Of a DNA stretch of 64,000 nt, positions 36,693 to 45,837 are shown piece by piece. Each line of letters starts with the position of its first letter. The first letter of the stretch is position 1. Source of the DNA: Candidatus Fermentimicrarchaeum limneticum (lineage in GTDB: Archaea > Micrarchaeota > Micrarchaeia > Burarchaeales > Fermentimicrarchaeaceae); the NCBI GenBank assembly GCA_013426015.1, contig CP058998.1:1050758-1114757 (forward strand), in the 5' to 3' direction. A model generated the notes under the pieces. It saw nothing but the letters and a program-made list of their open reading frames with translations. It ran no database searches and was not told where the DNA came from. The translations under genes and the position numbers were made by a program.

Positions 36693-37478
36693 ATGGATAA
36701 AGAGACCATAGGGATCATCTCTGGAAAAGGCGGTGTGGGGAAGAGCACAATAGCTGTAAATCTGGCAACATTATTCGCTTCATCGGATTATGATAACCTT
36801 TTGATAGATGGCGATACGTCCAACCCCAGCGTCGGGCTGCATCTGGGGATATGGCAGCATTCCTACGGTTTGCAGGATGTTCTTGAGGGAAAGATAACCC
36901 CTGAGGAAGCAATAGTCCTGCATCCCGCGACAGGGATACGGGTCATCCCCTCTTCACTGCGCTATGTTAAGGATGTAAGCATGAAAAACCTGTCCCGAGT
37001 TCTGGATTCAATAAAAGCTTACCAATGCATCACCATAGACTCGCCCCCTGGTTTGTCCAGCGAAGTAGAGGATATAATGGAAGCCTGCAGTAAGCTCATT
37101 GTAGTAACAACTCCCGATGTGCCAAGTGTGACAAGCGCAACAAAGATAGTTGACCTTGCCGAAACTCACAGGATACCTGTTGCAGGCCTTGTTGTGAACA
37201 GAATTGTGAACAAGAAATATGAGCTGCACATGCAGGAAATCGAGTCAATATGCAACACTAGAATAATTGGTAAGATACCAGAGGACTTCAGAGTGCCCGA
37301 AAGTATTGCCGTAAAGATTCCCCTCACGTTGTACTCCCCCAAATCCCCGGCAAGCACGGCGTTTAATAACCTCGCAACAGAGATCTGCGGAAAAAGGATA
37401 AGGACGCTCCGTGCAACAAGAGAAGGGTTATTGGGAAAAATTATCAACTTTTTTAGATCTGTCCTCGGAGGCAGCTAA
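36693..37478 (+). CDS. MinD/ParA-family P-loop ATPase
   Basis: It carries the deviant Walker A GIISGKGGVGKSTIAVNLA and is 261 aa. Confidence 0.65.
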   Translation: MDKETIGIISGKGGVGKSTIAVNLATLFASSDYDNLLIDGDTSNPSVGLHLGIWQHSYGLQDVLEGKITPEEAIVLHPATGIRVIPSSLRYVKDVSMKNLSRVLDSIKAYQCITIDSPPGLSSEVEDIMEACSKLIVVTTPDVPSVTSATKIVDLAETHRIPVAGLVVNRIVNKKYELHMQEIESICNTRIIGKIPEDFRVPESIAVKIPLTLYSPKSPASTAFNNLATEICGKRIRTLRATREGLLGKIINFFRSVLGGS

Positions 37479-37487
37479 TTTTTATTC

Positions 37488-38390
37488 TTGTTGTGCAATC
37501 TTTATAGCATGATAAAAGTCGTCATTCTAGGCTCAGGAGGGGCAGTCCCATCACCGACCCGCTCGCTGCCATCGGTAGGTTTGCGCTACTTCGGGGACGT
37601 TTACCTGTTTGACTGCGGCGAGGGAACTCAGAGGCAGATGATGATATACAACCTGAGCTACGCCAAGGTTAAGATGATATTCCTCACCCACCTGCATGCA
37701 GACCATCTTCTTGGGATAGGGGGTTTGGTGCAGACTCTCAAGATGAACGACAGGAAGGAGCCGTTGTTCATATTCGGTCCGCCAGGAACCAACCGCGCTG
37801 TCTCCCCCCTAATCGCCGGAACGTATCCCTTCCAGATAGTAATAAAGGAGATAGTCGAGGACTTCTGCCTCAAGAATGATAAGTTCAAAATTTCCTCCTT
37901 CAGAACAATACATAACGTGAGAAGCATTGGCTATGTTTTCCAGGAGAACGATTCGTGGAACTTCAACAAGGAGAAAACTGACAAGCTTGGGATAAAGGGG
38001 AGGATGTTCAGGAAGCTTGAGAGGGAGGGCGAGATTGTCATAGGGAAGAAGAGGATAAAGCTGGAGGATGTGACCAAGCCAAAGAAGGGAAAGAAATTTG
38101 TCTACACCGGAGATACAATTCCTTGCAACGATGTCCTGCTTGCAAGTAAAGAAGCGGACTTGCTCATACACGACGGAACATTTTCTGAACAACAGAGGGA
38201 GGAAGCTGAGAAGAAGTGCCACTCGACAGTTTCACAGGCTGCAGAGCTTGCAAAGAAGGCAAAGGTCAGGAAACTGGTGCTGGTGCACATGAGCGGCAGA
38301 TACAAGGACTCTGCTCCTCTTGAGAAGGAGGCGAAAAAGATATTCAAGCACTCCGAAGTTGGTTTTGACGGGATGGAAATATCCATTTGA
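37488..38390 (+). CDS. rnz: Ribonuclease Z (tRNA 3'-processing endonuclease, short form)
   Basis: It has the MBL motif LTHLHADHLLG, the N-terminal ILGSGGAVPS...CGEGTQRQ and a 300 aa length typical of archaeal RNase Z. Confidence 0.7.
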   Translation: MLCNLYSMIKVVILGSGGAVPSPTRSLPSVGLRYFGDVYLFDCGEGTQRQMMIYNLSYAKVKMIFLTHLHADHLLGIGGLVQTLKMNDRKEPLFIFGPPGTNRAVSPLIAGTYPFQIVIKEIVEDFCLKNDKFKISSFRTIHNVRSIGYVFQENDSWNFNKEKTDKLGIKGRMFRKLEREGEIVIGKKRIKLEDVTKPKKGKKFVYTGDTIPCNDVLLASKEADLLIHDGTFSEQQREEAEKKCHSTVSQAAELAKKAKVRKLVLVHMSGRYKDSAPLEKEAKKIFKHSEVGFDGMEISI

Positions 38391-38399
38391 GGTAATCAC

Positions 38400-38615
38400 A
38401 TGAAAAGGGAAGCGCTCTCGAAAGTTCTGAACAAACTGGCTTTTTTACAAGCAAATAAGGACAAGATTGTGAACAACCCTGATGAAGTAGAGCGGGTGGA
38501 AGGCGAGATAGCCGCACTGAAATACGTCGCTGAGAACAAGCCAAAAACGGAATTCGTGAGAGGGCTCATGCTCGGTTATCAGAAGGCTCTTGAACTGATT
38601 GAAAATAAAAAATAA
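38400..38615 (+). CDS. Small hypothetical helical protein
   Basis: It is 71 aa with coding-like composition and no recognisable motifs. Confidence 0.3.
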   Translation: MKREALSKVLNKLAFLQANKDKIVNNPDEVERVEGEIAALKYVAENKPKTEFVRGLMLGYQKALELIENKK

Positions 38616-38633
38616 AAAGAAAAAAATAAAATT

Positions 38634-38849
38634 CTAGGCGTTCTTCATCTTTGCCTTTGCCACGTATCCGCCCTTATCGAGATAATACATGTATCCTCGC
38701 TCCTTCATTATCTTCTCGTTCCCAACTTTCTTCTTCCTCCCACCAGTCTTGTGCTTCATGGGAGCGGCCCATACGTAGCCATCCTTCCCGACGAAGTAGA
38801 GGTAACCCTCCTCTCTATCAATCTTTTCCTTACCTATTCTCTGGCCCAT
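38634..38849 (-). CDS. Small basic protein with an internal tandem repeat; function unknown
   Basis: Two copies of a ~17-aa motif are present (EGYLYFVGKDGYVWAAPMK and RGYMYYLDKGGYVAKAKMK). It is Lys-rich and 71 aa. Confidence 0.35.
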   Translation of the reverse strand: MGQRIGKEKIDREEGYLYFVGKDGYVWAAPMKHKTGGRKKKVGNEKIMKERGYMYYLDKGGYVAKAKMKNA

Positions 38850-38936
38850 CGGCTCACCTCTTATTTTTTATCTGTAGCTTTAAGCTACGAGAGAGTTATC
38901 GTCGGTAGTGTTTATAAAGTTATCGTCGTAGACCGT

Positions 38937-39920
38937 CTATGAGTAGCTCCTCCTCATCCTTCCAACCCCTTTCACGGCAAACCAGAAGCACAGCACACTC
39001 ATCACTGCCAGCAGAATCAGCCCAGTGGCTATCTCTGCATCGGGGTAGTTGGAGGAGATCCTCGAGATGATAATCGTCGGCAGATACGCCGAAACCACGG
39101 AGCTTGGCAGGAGGATGGAGAAAACAAGCGCCATACCTGATAAGGATGAGAGGACGTTCGCCTCCTGTATGCTCCTCGCGCTTGCGGAGATGAGGACGCT
39201 CAGTGAAACAAGAATGAAGGAGAGCAAAAACTCCGTCACTATGAGCAGAGGTATGTTGTACACTGGTATCTTCTGCATCACTATCACGAGCCATGCTGCC
39301 CCGCATGCAGTCGATGAAACTACATACGGGAGAGTTTTTGACAGCGCAATGTCAAAATCGGAAATAGGCGAGACTAGAAGCAGCTCTATAGTCCTCTTCT
39401 TTCTTTCGCTGAGTACGTTCTGGATTGAGAGAGATAATCCGACCATTGCGGGCATCACAACTGCAATTGGAATGATGAGCCCGTAGCCCATCTGCACGAA
39501 GTCGGTGTTGCCTCCATACAATCCTTCCGAGGAGTAGCTGAAGTTCCCCTTCTCAAGCGCCTCCTCAAAAGAGATTGATTTCGAGACCGAGCTTATCTTG
39601 GCTATCGCAAAGCCGGAGAATATGTTGCTCGGGTCGGTCTTTATCTCCCCAGTGCTGGTGTTTATCACTGCGTTGACTCTCTCGAGTGTCTCCTCCCCTA
39701 CTGGTACAACTTTCACCCCAGACTCCTCCAGCTTGCTTATCAGCGCGGTGTTGTTGCCGTCCACGGCTATCGTTATCTTCAGGTTAGGGGAATGCATCAC
39801 CTCGCTGTACGTGTCATAAAGGAAGAGCAGCATGGAGATTGTTATGAACTGAACGAGTATGCTGCCTAGAAACGCCCTGTCGCTTGCAATCTCCCTCAGC
39901 TCCTTTTCCATCAGTTTCAT
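38937..39920 (-). CDS. ABC-2 family transporter permease
   Basis: It has an N-terminal TM, a large extracytoplasmic loop and five C-terminal TMs, the typical ABC-2 topology. It is adjacent to an ABC ATPase. Confidence 0.5.
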   Translation of the reverse strand: MKLMEKELREIASDRAFLGSILVQFITISMLLFLYDTYSEVMHSPNLKITIAVDGNNTALISKLEESGVKVVPVGEETLERVNAVINTSTGEIKTDPSNIFSGFAIAKISSVSKSISFEEALEKGNFSYSSEGLYGGNTDFVQMGYGLIIPIAVVMPAMVGLSLSIQNVLSERKKRTIELLLVSPISDFDIALSKTLPYVVSSTACGAAWLVIVMQKIPVYNIPLLIVTEFLLSFILVSLSVLISASARSIQEANVLSSLSGMALVFSILLPSSVVSAYLPTIIISRISSNYPDAEIATGLILLAVMSVLCFWFAVKGVGRMRRSYS

Positions 39921-39924
39921 AATC

Positions 39925-41445
39925 TCACCAAAAATGACTCAGAAGGTATATGTTGTAGCTCATGTGCAGCAGTATTGCAATGATGACTGCCAGCAAGAAC
40001 TGCCTCCTTGCATAACCTGCTCCTGCTATGCTGCTGCAGAGTGTATGCACAAGTATCGGCACGACCCTCACCAACACCATCATCTCAACAACCGGTGCGA
40101 GCAGCAGGCTCTCGCTAACACCGAAGGCAAGCCCAACAAGCGCACCGAGAATTGCTCCCTCCTTCAGTTCTTTTGGCTTCAAAACTTTCAGGGCGAATGC
40201 CTTGAGTCCCTCCTCAACTACAGTTACTGAAAGCAGCAGCAGCCCGACGCTCGGCCCTATGAGGAAGAACACCAGCCCTATTGCAACAATCTCGATAGGC
40301 ATGGTGACTGAGAATGCAACGAACCCCATTGCAAATGCAGCTTTTTTCCTGCTCCTGAGGATTTCCAGCATTCCTTCATAGAGCTGCCCTAGGCCGGGCT
40401 TTATTGCAAACGCAAACGCCTCTGTCGAGAACGCCGATAGGGCAAGCAGGAATGCCGTTGCGGTTATTATGTATATCACGAGCATCAAATTGAATGGGAA
40501 GGGGGTCGCCTCCCCTGCAACCTGCTCTGCGATGTACGTTGCAGGCGAAAGCTTCGCGGCAATCTCCGTTGCAGGGAAAACCTTCAGGATTGCAATGGAG
40601 AAGAAAAGTGTGATTATTATTGTTGAGGAGATGCTTGACGCAAGCGTTGCCTCTTTTGCGTTTGAAGCAATGGAAGAAACAAGCGCGTTCATCGTTATTA
40701 TGAGCAGAGCCATGCTGACCAGTATTATGTAAACTCCGAAGGGATTGGCGAAGTGCAGGCCAAAGAACGGAACGAGAAACATCCAGACCGCCCCGAGCAG
40801 CATTGCGAAAACCAGGTTGCTCAGTATCTTCGAAGCAAGCACCTCAACTCTCCTTGAAGGGGATGCAAAGATGACTTCAACAACCTTGTTCTCCCTCTCA
40901 TAAGCTATGCTTTCTATTATCGGCAGGGACCAGATGAAAAGCGGTGTGAGCAGCAGGAAAGGCGCAAGCAGGCTCCTAAGAAGCTCCTCCAGCCCCAGGT
41001 CAGATTTCAGGTTGAACAAGAGCTCGGAATCCTTCCTGAGAAACTTGTCGACTGCTTCCCTGACAGCTGATTCTGCAAGGTTTGAAAGCGGAATCCCTCT
41101 CCCTATGAAGCTTCCGCCAGTTGAGTTCACAATGAAAACGCCGTGCACCCTTCCCTCCCCAAGAAGTTCCATGGCAGTTCTTTCATCCGTCTTGACTACC
41201 TCCACCATGTTGTTTTTCTCAAGCTCAGCTAGGAGAGGATGCTCCCCAACAACCGCAATTTTCACCATCTTCTCAGAAACCGGCATTGCAGAGAGCAGGT
41301 TTCCTTCCTTGAAGCGTCCCACTGCTTCCATTAGAAGCGGGATTGTGAAGAGGGATATAAGCATTCCTAAAAGTACGCTAGCAAGAAACCTCCTGTCCGA
41401 AAATATCCCCCTGAGGTTCCACCATACCATGACACCTAGGCCCAT
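39925..41445 (-). CDS. ABC-2-like membrane permease with a C-terminal extra polytopic domain (possible CPBP-like motifs)
   Basis: It is a 506-aa polytopic membrane protein. The C-terminal region carries VVEEGLKAF, VPILVH and LLHMSYN, which loosely resemble the EExxxR / FxxxH / HxxxN motifs of CPBP intramembrane proteases. Confidence 0.4.
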   Translation of the reverse strand: MGLGVMVWWNLRGIFSDRRFLASVLLGMLISLFTIPLLMEAVGRFKEGNLLSAMPVSEKMVKIAVVGEHPLLAELEKNNMVEVVKTDERTAMELLGEGRVHGVFIVNSTGGSFIGRGIPLSNLAESAVREAVDKFLRKDSELLFNLKSDLGLEELLRSLLAPFLLLTPLFIWSLPIIESIAYERENKVVEVIFASPSRRVEVLASKILSNLVFAMLLGAVWMFLVPFFGLHFANPFGVYIILVSMALLIITMNALVSSIASNAKEATLASSISSTIIITLFFSIAILKVFPATEIAAKLSPATYIAEQVAGEATPFPFNLMLVIYIITATAFLLALSAFSTEAFAFAIKPGLGQLYEGMLEILRSRKKAAFAMGFVAFSVTMPIEIVAIGLVFFLIGPSVGLLLLSVTVVEEGLKAFALKVLKPKELKEGAILGALVGLAFGVSESLLLAPVVEMMVLVRVVPILVHTLCSSIAGAGYARRQFLLAVIIAILLHMSYNIYLLSHFW

Positions 41446-42365
41446 TTTCCTCCCCTTGTAACTGCTACGAAGACATCTTCCAGAGATGGGTCCATCGTTT
41501 TTATGGAGAGGACTGTCGCCTTGAGCTTCTTCGCCTTGTCATGCACCTTTGACATGGTGCTGTTCACATCCTTCACCTTCACTATCACTAACCTGCCGTC
41601 AACACTCCCCCCAACTTCATCCGCAAACTTTCCGATAAGGGAATCCTCCTTTATCACGATTCCCAAATAACGTTGTTTGGCAACTTTCGCCTTAAGCTCC
41701 TCGGGCTTGCCGATAGCAGCTATCCTTCCCCTGTTGATGACTGCAAGCTTGTCGCAGAGGAAATCCGCCTCGTCCATGTAGTGAGTGCACACCAGAATCG
41801 TCTTTCCACTCCTCCTCATACTCTTGATTCTCTCCCTCACATCTCTGGAGGAGGCAGGGTCCAACCCCATTGTTGGCTCGTCAAGAATTAGAACTGGCGG
41901 ATCGTGTATCAGCGCTCTTGCCAAGGATATTCGGTGCTTCATCCCCTTCGAATACTCGCCAATCTTCCTCCTTGCATGTTCAGTCAAACCCACAAACTCC
42001 AGCAGCTCGGGAATTCTCTCCCTCCCCGATCCATAGACATCAGCGAAGAATGAGAGGAACTCCTCCCCGCTCATGTAGTCATACACCCGTGGCTCCTCAG
42101 GAAGATAGCCGACGATGGAGCGGACTTTCTGCGAATCCTTCATGATGTCGTACCCCAAGATGCTTGCAGTACCTGAGGTTGGTGAGAGAACAGTGCACAG
42201 CATTTTAACGAGCGTGCTCTTTCCTGCACCGTTAGGACCGACAAGACCCAGTATCTCGCCTTCTCTCACAACAAGGCTGACTCCGTCGACTGCGGTGAGA
42301 TCTCCAAACTTCTTCGTAAGCCCGAAGGTTTCTATCACAAGTAGATATTGGAATGCTTTGCACAT
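41436..42365 (-). CDS. ABC transporter ATP-binding protein
   Basis: It has Walker A GPNGAGKSTLVKML, Walker B ILDEPTMGLD and the signature-like YSKGMKHRISLARAL. The true start is probably the in-frame GTG at 42338 (M-IETFGLTKKFG), because the annotated ATG lies within a hairpin at the tnpB 3' end. Confidence 0.65.
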   Translation of the reverse strand: MCKAFQYLLVIETFGLTKKFGDLTAVDGVSLVVREGEILGLVGPNGAGKSTLVKMLCTVLSPTSGTASILGYDIMKDSQKVRSIVGYLPEEPRVYDYMSGEEFLSFFADVYGSGRERIPELLEFVGLTEHARRKIGEYSKGMKHRISLARALIHDPPVLILDEPTMGLDPASSRDVRERIKSMRRSGKTILVCTHYMDEADFLCDKLAVINRGRIAAIGKPEELKAKVAKQRYLGIVIKEDSLIGKFADEVGGSVDGRLVIVKVKDVNSTMSKVHDKAKKLKATVLSIKTMDPSLEDVFVAVTRGGKWA

Positions 42366-43492
42366 TTATTAATGTGCTTCCGCCCTCGTCTGCTCAGTCA
42401 TCGGCGGTTCTGGGCTGAAAGCAACAGCCCCGTCTGAGAGCATGTAGCTCTCAAACCTCTTCAGGATATTCATCGCACCATTATAATCTGCATTTGCCTG
42501 GTATTTGCAGTTAGGACATTTGAATAAACCTTGCTTCACTCTCTTTCCTTCCTCGCCGCATCTGCTACATGTTTTACTGGTGTAATCTTCCCTGATTTTC
42601 ACAACTGCAATCCCCTTGAGATGTGCCTTGTATTCGATGAAGAAGGAGAGTCTGTTGAATGGGAAGGAATTGACTATCCTGTTGAACCTCTTACCTTTAC
42701 CGCCTTTCCTTATTCCCTTCAAGTCACCTAAAACAATTATTGAGTCATTCTTTTCTGCCAGCTCTACAATCTCTTTTGACACTTCATGTAAAACCAGTTC
42801 AACTCTCCTCTTCTCCTTACCTCTTATTTCTTTAAGTTTCTTGAACAACTTCCTTTCCTGCAGCCTCTTTCTCAGCCAGGCATGGTGCCTCCTAATCCCC
42901 CTTACCTCCCTGCCAAGGAAGATTGGCTTTCTTTCACTGGACAGCACGGCCGCCGCTATCACTTTCTCGCCAACATCCAGGGCAAGTACGGAAGAGTATG
43001 AAGTTTTCAGCTGAACCTCTTTCCTTATGGTGATGTAAATCCAGAAGTCCTTTTTTCTTTTGAACAGTTTTGCTTCCCTTATCTCCCAAGTAAAATCTAT
43101 CTCCTCATGTGGCTTTATGGGAAGCCAGATGCCTCCTCTTTTGCCTTTAACAGGAATTCTGAACCAGTAAGGAGTGAGTTTGTGGTTTGTGATTTTGAGT
43201 TTGGTGGATTGATTAGCCAGAGGCATAGGTTGTTTTTTCTTCCTTGATTTTATTTTGTATTTGAAGTTGAAAGTTGATTTTGTTAAGGAGTAAATTCCGA
43301 AGTCTCTGCCACTTCTGATGTAAATCTGAAAGTTAAGGTACTCTCTATCTAGCAATCCAAGCTTCTTTCTAGTTGGGTTGAAAACCTTGCATTTAAGAGT
43401 CTTTGAAATAAGCATGATAAACCATCAATTCTCGTCTTTATAAACCTCTGTAAGGGGTAACTTTCCAGTAAAAGTGGATTTATGTGCAAAGC
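42355..43492 (-). mobile_element. IS1341-like tnpB-only element flanked by an 11-bp inverted repeat (GCTTTGCACAT ... ATGTGCAAAGC); boundaries are approximate
   Basis: The 5' flank (43436..43492) carries ctttataaac followed by GGGGTAACTTTCCAGTAAAAG and then ATGTGCAAAGC. The 3' flank has the reverse-complement 11-mer at 42355..42365 and a hairpin GCACAT-ttatta-ATGTGC spanning the tnpB stop codon. Confidence 0.45.
42369..43415 (-). CDS. tnpB: IS200/IS605-family TnpB (OrfB), second copy, diverged from the first
   Basis: It is 348 aa with the RuvC-I motif LALDVGEKVIAAAV and a C-terminal zinc finger DYTSKTCSRCG...CPNCKYQANADYNGAMNI. Confidence 0.75.
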   Translation of the reverse strand: MLISKTLKCKVFNPTRKKLGLLDREYLNFQIYIRSGRDFGIYSLTKSTFNFKYKIKSRKKKQPMPLANQSTKLKITNHKLTPYWFRIPVKGKRGGIWLPIKPHEEIDFTWEIREAKLFKRKKDFWIYITIRKEVQLKTSYSSVLALDVGEKVIAAAVLSSERKPIFLGREVRGIRRHHAWLRKRLQERKLFKKLKEIRGKEKRRVELVLHEVSKEIVELAEKNDSIIVLGDLKGIRKGGKGKRFNRIVNSFPFNRLSFFIEYKAHLKGIAVVKIREDYTSKTCSRCGEEGKRVKQGLFKCPNCKYQANADYNGAMNILKRFESYMLSDGAVAFSPEPPMTEQTRAEAH

Positions 43493-43515
43493 CATCTTGG
43501 AACTAAACTTTAAAT

Positions 43516-44073
43516 TCACTGCGTCTCAGAATCAGGCTCCCTTTTCCTGAATCTGCTGCCAGGCTTCCTGTCCTTCATCATGCTCCTCAGGAATTCAACT
43601 GCCTTGTTGAGCTGTCCGGAATCTATGTCCTTCATGCATATCTCATAATTCGTCTTAGCGCTGGCCGTGTCAAGATACAGGTCAGCAAAACCAAATATTA
43701 TCCCGAGGAAGGACCGGTCAACCTTTATATTTGTTATCCCATCTATGGGGACAAGGTGCTCATCAGGCGCGACAACGCCAAACTTCCATATCACATCATT
43801 CTCGGTTATCTCATAGGTTGTGTACCACTTTCTGTAGAACTGCTGCATTACGAGAAGCCCAAGGAGGAGGAGCACCCCGATACCCGCGATGAACACGTAA
43901 TAGGCATAATCGGGATACAATACCGCCAGACCTATAATTGCTATAATCACCACGACTGCAACAGCCGCTATCATCATTATGAATGGTTCCACCTTCGGCT
44001 TGAGTGTGAAGACAGCTTCCATGGAAGTATTCCTCAAATGCAATTTAAATTTATGCGCCCGCAAACTCAGCAA
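43516..44073 (-). CDS. Membrane protein with two TM helices and a bacterial PH-like (YdbS/YdbT-type) domain
   Basis: It has two N-terminal TM segments (IMMIAAVAVVVIIAIIGLAVLY and VFIAGIGVLLLLGLLVM) followed by a ~100-aa soluble domain, the topology typical of bPH_2 proteins. Confidence 0.35.
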   Translation of the reverse strand: MLSLRAHKFKLHLRNTSMEAVFTLKPKVEPFIMMIAAVAVVVIIAIIGLAVLYPDYAYYVFIAGIGVLLLLGLLVMQQFYRKWYTTYEITENDVIWKFGVVAPDEHLVPIDGITNIKVDRSFLGIIFGFADLYLDTASAKTNYEICMKDIDSGQLNKAVEFLRSMMKDRKPGSRFRKREPDSETQ

Positions 44074-44148
44074 GCCTTTTCAGAGCTCTTTGGATAGATT
44101 GCCATAGTGGAGTGGGAGTCCGCAATGCCCGTCCTCACCCACCTCGCC

Positions 44149-45105
44149 TTACACATCCTCAATTCCCTTGGGAGTGACTTTGAATATCGCCTCTCCCTCA
44201 GGCATCGAAGGGCTGTCCACCAACCTGGCAATCCTCTTCTCCTCCTTCCCCTTCCTAAGATAAATTCGGTAAACGGCAGCATGCGCAAGAACATGCCCCC
44301 CTATTGGTGTTGTCGGGTCTCCAAAAAGTATCGCAGGGTTGTCCATAACTTGGTTAGTTACATAAACTGCCAGATTATACCTGTCTGCAAGCTTCTGCAG
44401 CGCATGAATGTGCTTGTTCAGCTTCTGTTGTCTCTCGCTCAGCGCGCTCCTTCCAAGGAAATCGGCTCTGAACTGGGACGTTAAAGAATCAACAACTATG
44501 AGCTTTATGTTATTCTTCTCTATCATCTCATCTGCCTTGTCAACAAGAATCATCTGGTGGTCTGTGTTAACTGCTCTGGCCACGTGGAGATTCTTCAAAA
44601 TCTCCTCAGCGTTAAGCCCTCTTGACTCAGCAATCTGCTTCACCCTCTCAGGTCTGAAAGTTGACTCTGCATCTATGAAGAGGCATGCGCCATCCAAACC
44701 GCCTTTCTCCTTTGGTAGCTGAACATTCACTGCAAGCTGGAAGCCGAGCTGGCTCTTGCCAGAACTGAATTTACCGAAGGTCTCGGTTATTGACTGCGTC
44801 TCAACCCCTCCTCCAATCAGATTGTCAAGCTCCTTCGAGCCAGTGGTTATCTTGCCAATACATTTTCTCCTCTCAAGAATCTTATCCGCAGTCTCATAAC
44901 CCATTTCCAATGCGTCCCTTGCGGCAGCTATCGTCTTCTTTGCGGTTTCAACGCCTATCTCGGCAACCTCCTGCAACTCATGAGGAGAGGATGTGGCTAT
45001 CCTCTCAAACGAATCGTAGCCTGCCCTCTTGAGCTTCTCGGCAGTCGCCTCACCGACTCCGGGCAAATCCTCAAGGTTCTTTACCTTCTTTTCCTCCTTT
45101 GCCAT
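44149..45105 (-). CDS. radA: DNA repair and recombination protein RadA
   Basis: It has an N-terminal HhH ([20 protein letters not shown]), Walker [23 protein letters not shown] and [12 protein letters not shown], and is ~320 aa. The start is trimmed to MAKEEKK. Confidence 0.75.
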   Translation of the reverse strand: MAKEEKKVKNLEDLPGVGEATAEKLKRAGYDSFERIATSSPHELQEVAEIGVETAKKTIAAARDALEMGYETADKILERRKCIGKITTGSKELDNLIGGGVETQSITETFGKFSSGKSQLGFQLAVNVQLPKEKGGLDGACLFIDAESTFRPERVKQIAESRGLNAEEILKNLHVARAVNTDHQMILVDKADEMIEKNNIKLIVVDSLTSQFRADFLGRSALSERQQKLNKHIHALQKLADRYNLAVYVTNQVMDNPAILFGDPTTPIGGHVLAHAAVYRIYLRKGKEEKRIARLVDSPSMPEGEAIFKVTPKGIEDV

Positions 45106-45116
45106 GTGAACACCTC

Positions 45117-45707
45117 TCATAAGCCATAGAATCCATTCTCAATCCTGAACTTGGGCAGAGCATGCTTCAGCCTGCCGTACAAAGAAACGAACTCCTCCGC
45201 CTCCTTGGTCACGTACTCCAATATTTTTTCGTATTCTTTATTTAAATACCACAGGGGGATCTTCTCGCCGTCATGGGGCTTGTTGCAGAACTTGTCAAGC
45301 CCGCTTCCGGCGAACTTGAAGCCGTTCATACCCAGGCATATGTGCTTCAAGTCAATCCTAGGGAGCTGGTTGAACAGGAACCACTCGTCATATACGATTC
45401 CGTGCTTTGCGGCTCTTGCCTTAAGCATTCCCAAATCAAACATGAGGTTCTGCCCAACGGGAATGAACTGCCAGGTCTTTTTCGGGTTGATTAACTTGGA
45501 GAGTTCCCTTATCACTCCCTCCTCGCCCATCTCCCACTCCTTCAGTATCCGCAGCGGTTCCACAGGTCTGCCGGACTCGTCAAGCCTCTGGAACTGGATT
45601 GTGATAATCTTGTACTTCTCCGGGCGTATCTCGCTCTCTCCCCGTATGAAAAGCTCACGCTCATCCTCATCGCATCCAATTTCCGTGTCGAAATAGTACT
45701 CTGCCAT
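45117..45707 (-). CDS. DEDD-type 3'-5' exonuclease-like (RNase H-fold) protein
   Basis: It has Exo I-like YFDTE, Exo II-like NLMFDLGML and a later Y-x3-E/D segment, and is 196 aa. Confidence 0.4.
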   Translation of the reverse strand: MAEYYFDTEIGCDEDERELFIRGESEIRPEKYKIITIQFQRLDESGRPVEPLRILKEWEMGEEGVIRELSKLINPKKTWQFIPVGQNLMFDLGMLKARAAKHGIVYDEWFLFNQLPRIDLKHICLGMNGFKFAGSGLDKFCNKPHDGEKIPLWYLNKEYEKILEYVTKEAEEFVSLYGRLKHALPKFRIENGFYGL

Positions 45708-45730
45708 TGATTAGTTCACCTCCGGCTTGC

Positions 45731-45786
45731 TTTTAAACCTGAGGGTAGGGTAACTTTCCAGTGAAAGGTGAATTTATGTGCAAAGC
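45731..45786 (+). repeat. Solo copy of the tnpB 5'-flank element with no adjacent tnpB
   Basis: It reads ttttaaacctgagggtaGGGTAACTTTCCAGTGAAAGgtgaatttATGTGCAAAGCac, which is ~85% identical over 55 nt to the 43436..43492 copy. It lies in the intergenic region between divergent genes. Confidence 0.5.
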
Positions 45787-45837
45787 ACAGTGATTCACCA
45801 GTGAATTATATAAATTAAAACATTCAAAAATAAAAGC

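Noticed and set aside
45790-45806. Short palindrome attcac-ca-gtgaat downstream of the solo repeat copy.
   Set aside because: A 2-nt loop cannot form a stable hairpin. It is probably just part of the AT-rich promoter region of gene 45838.
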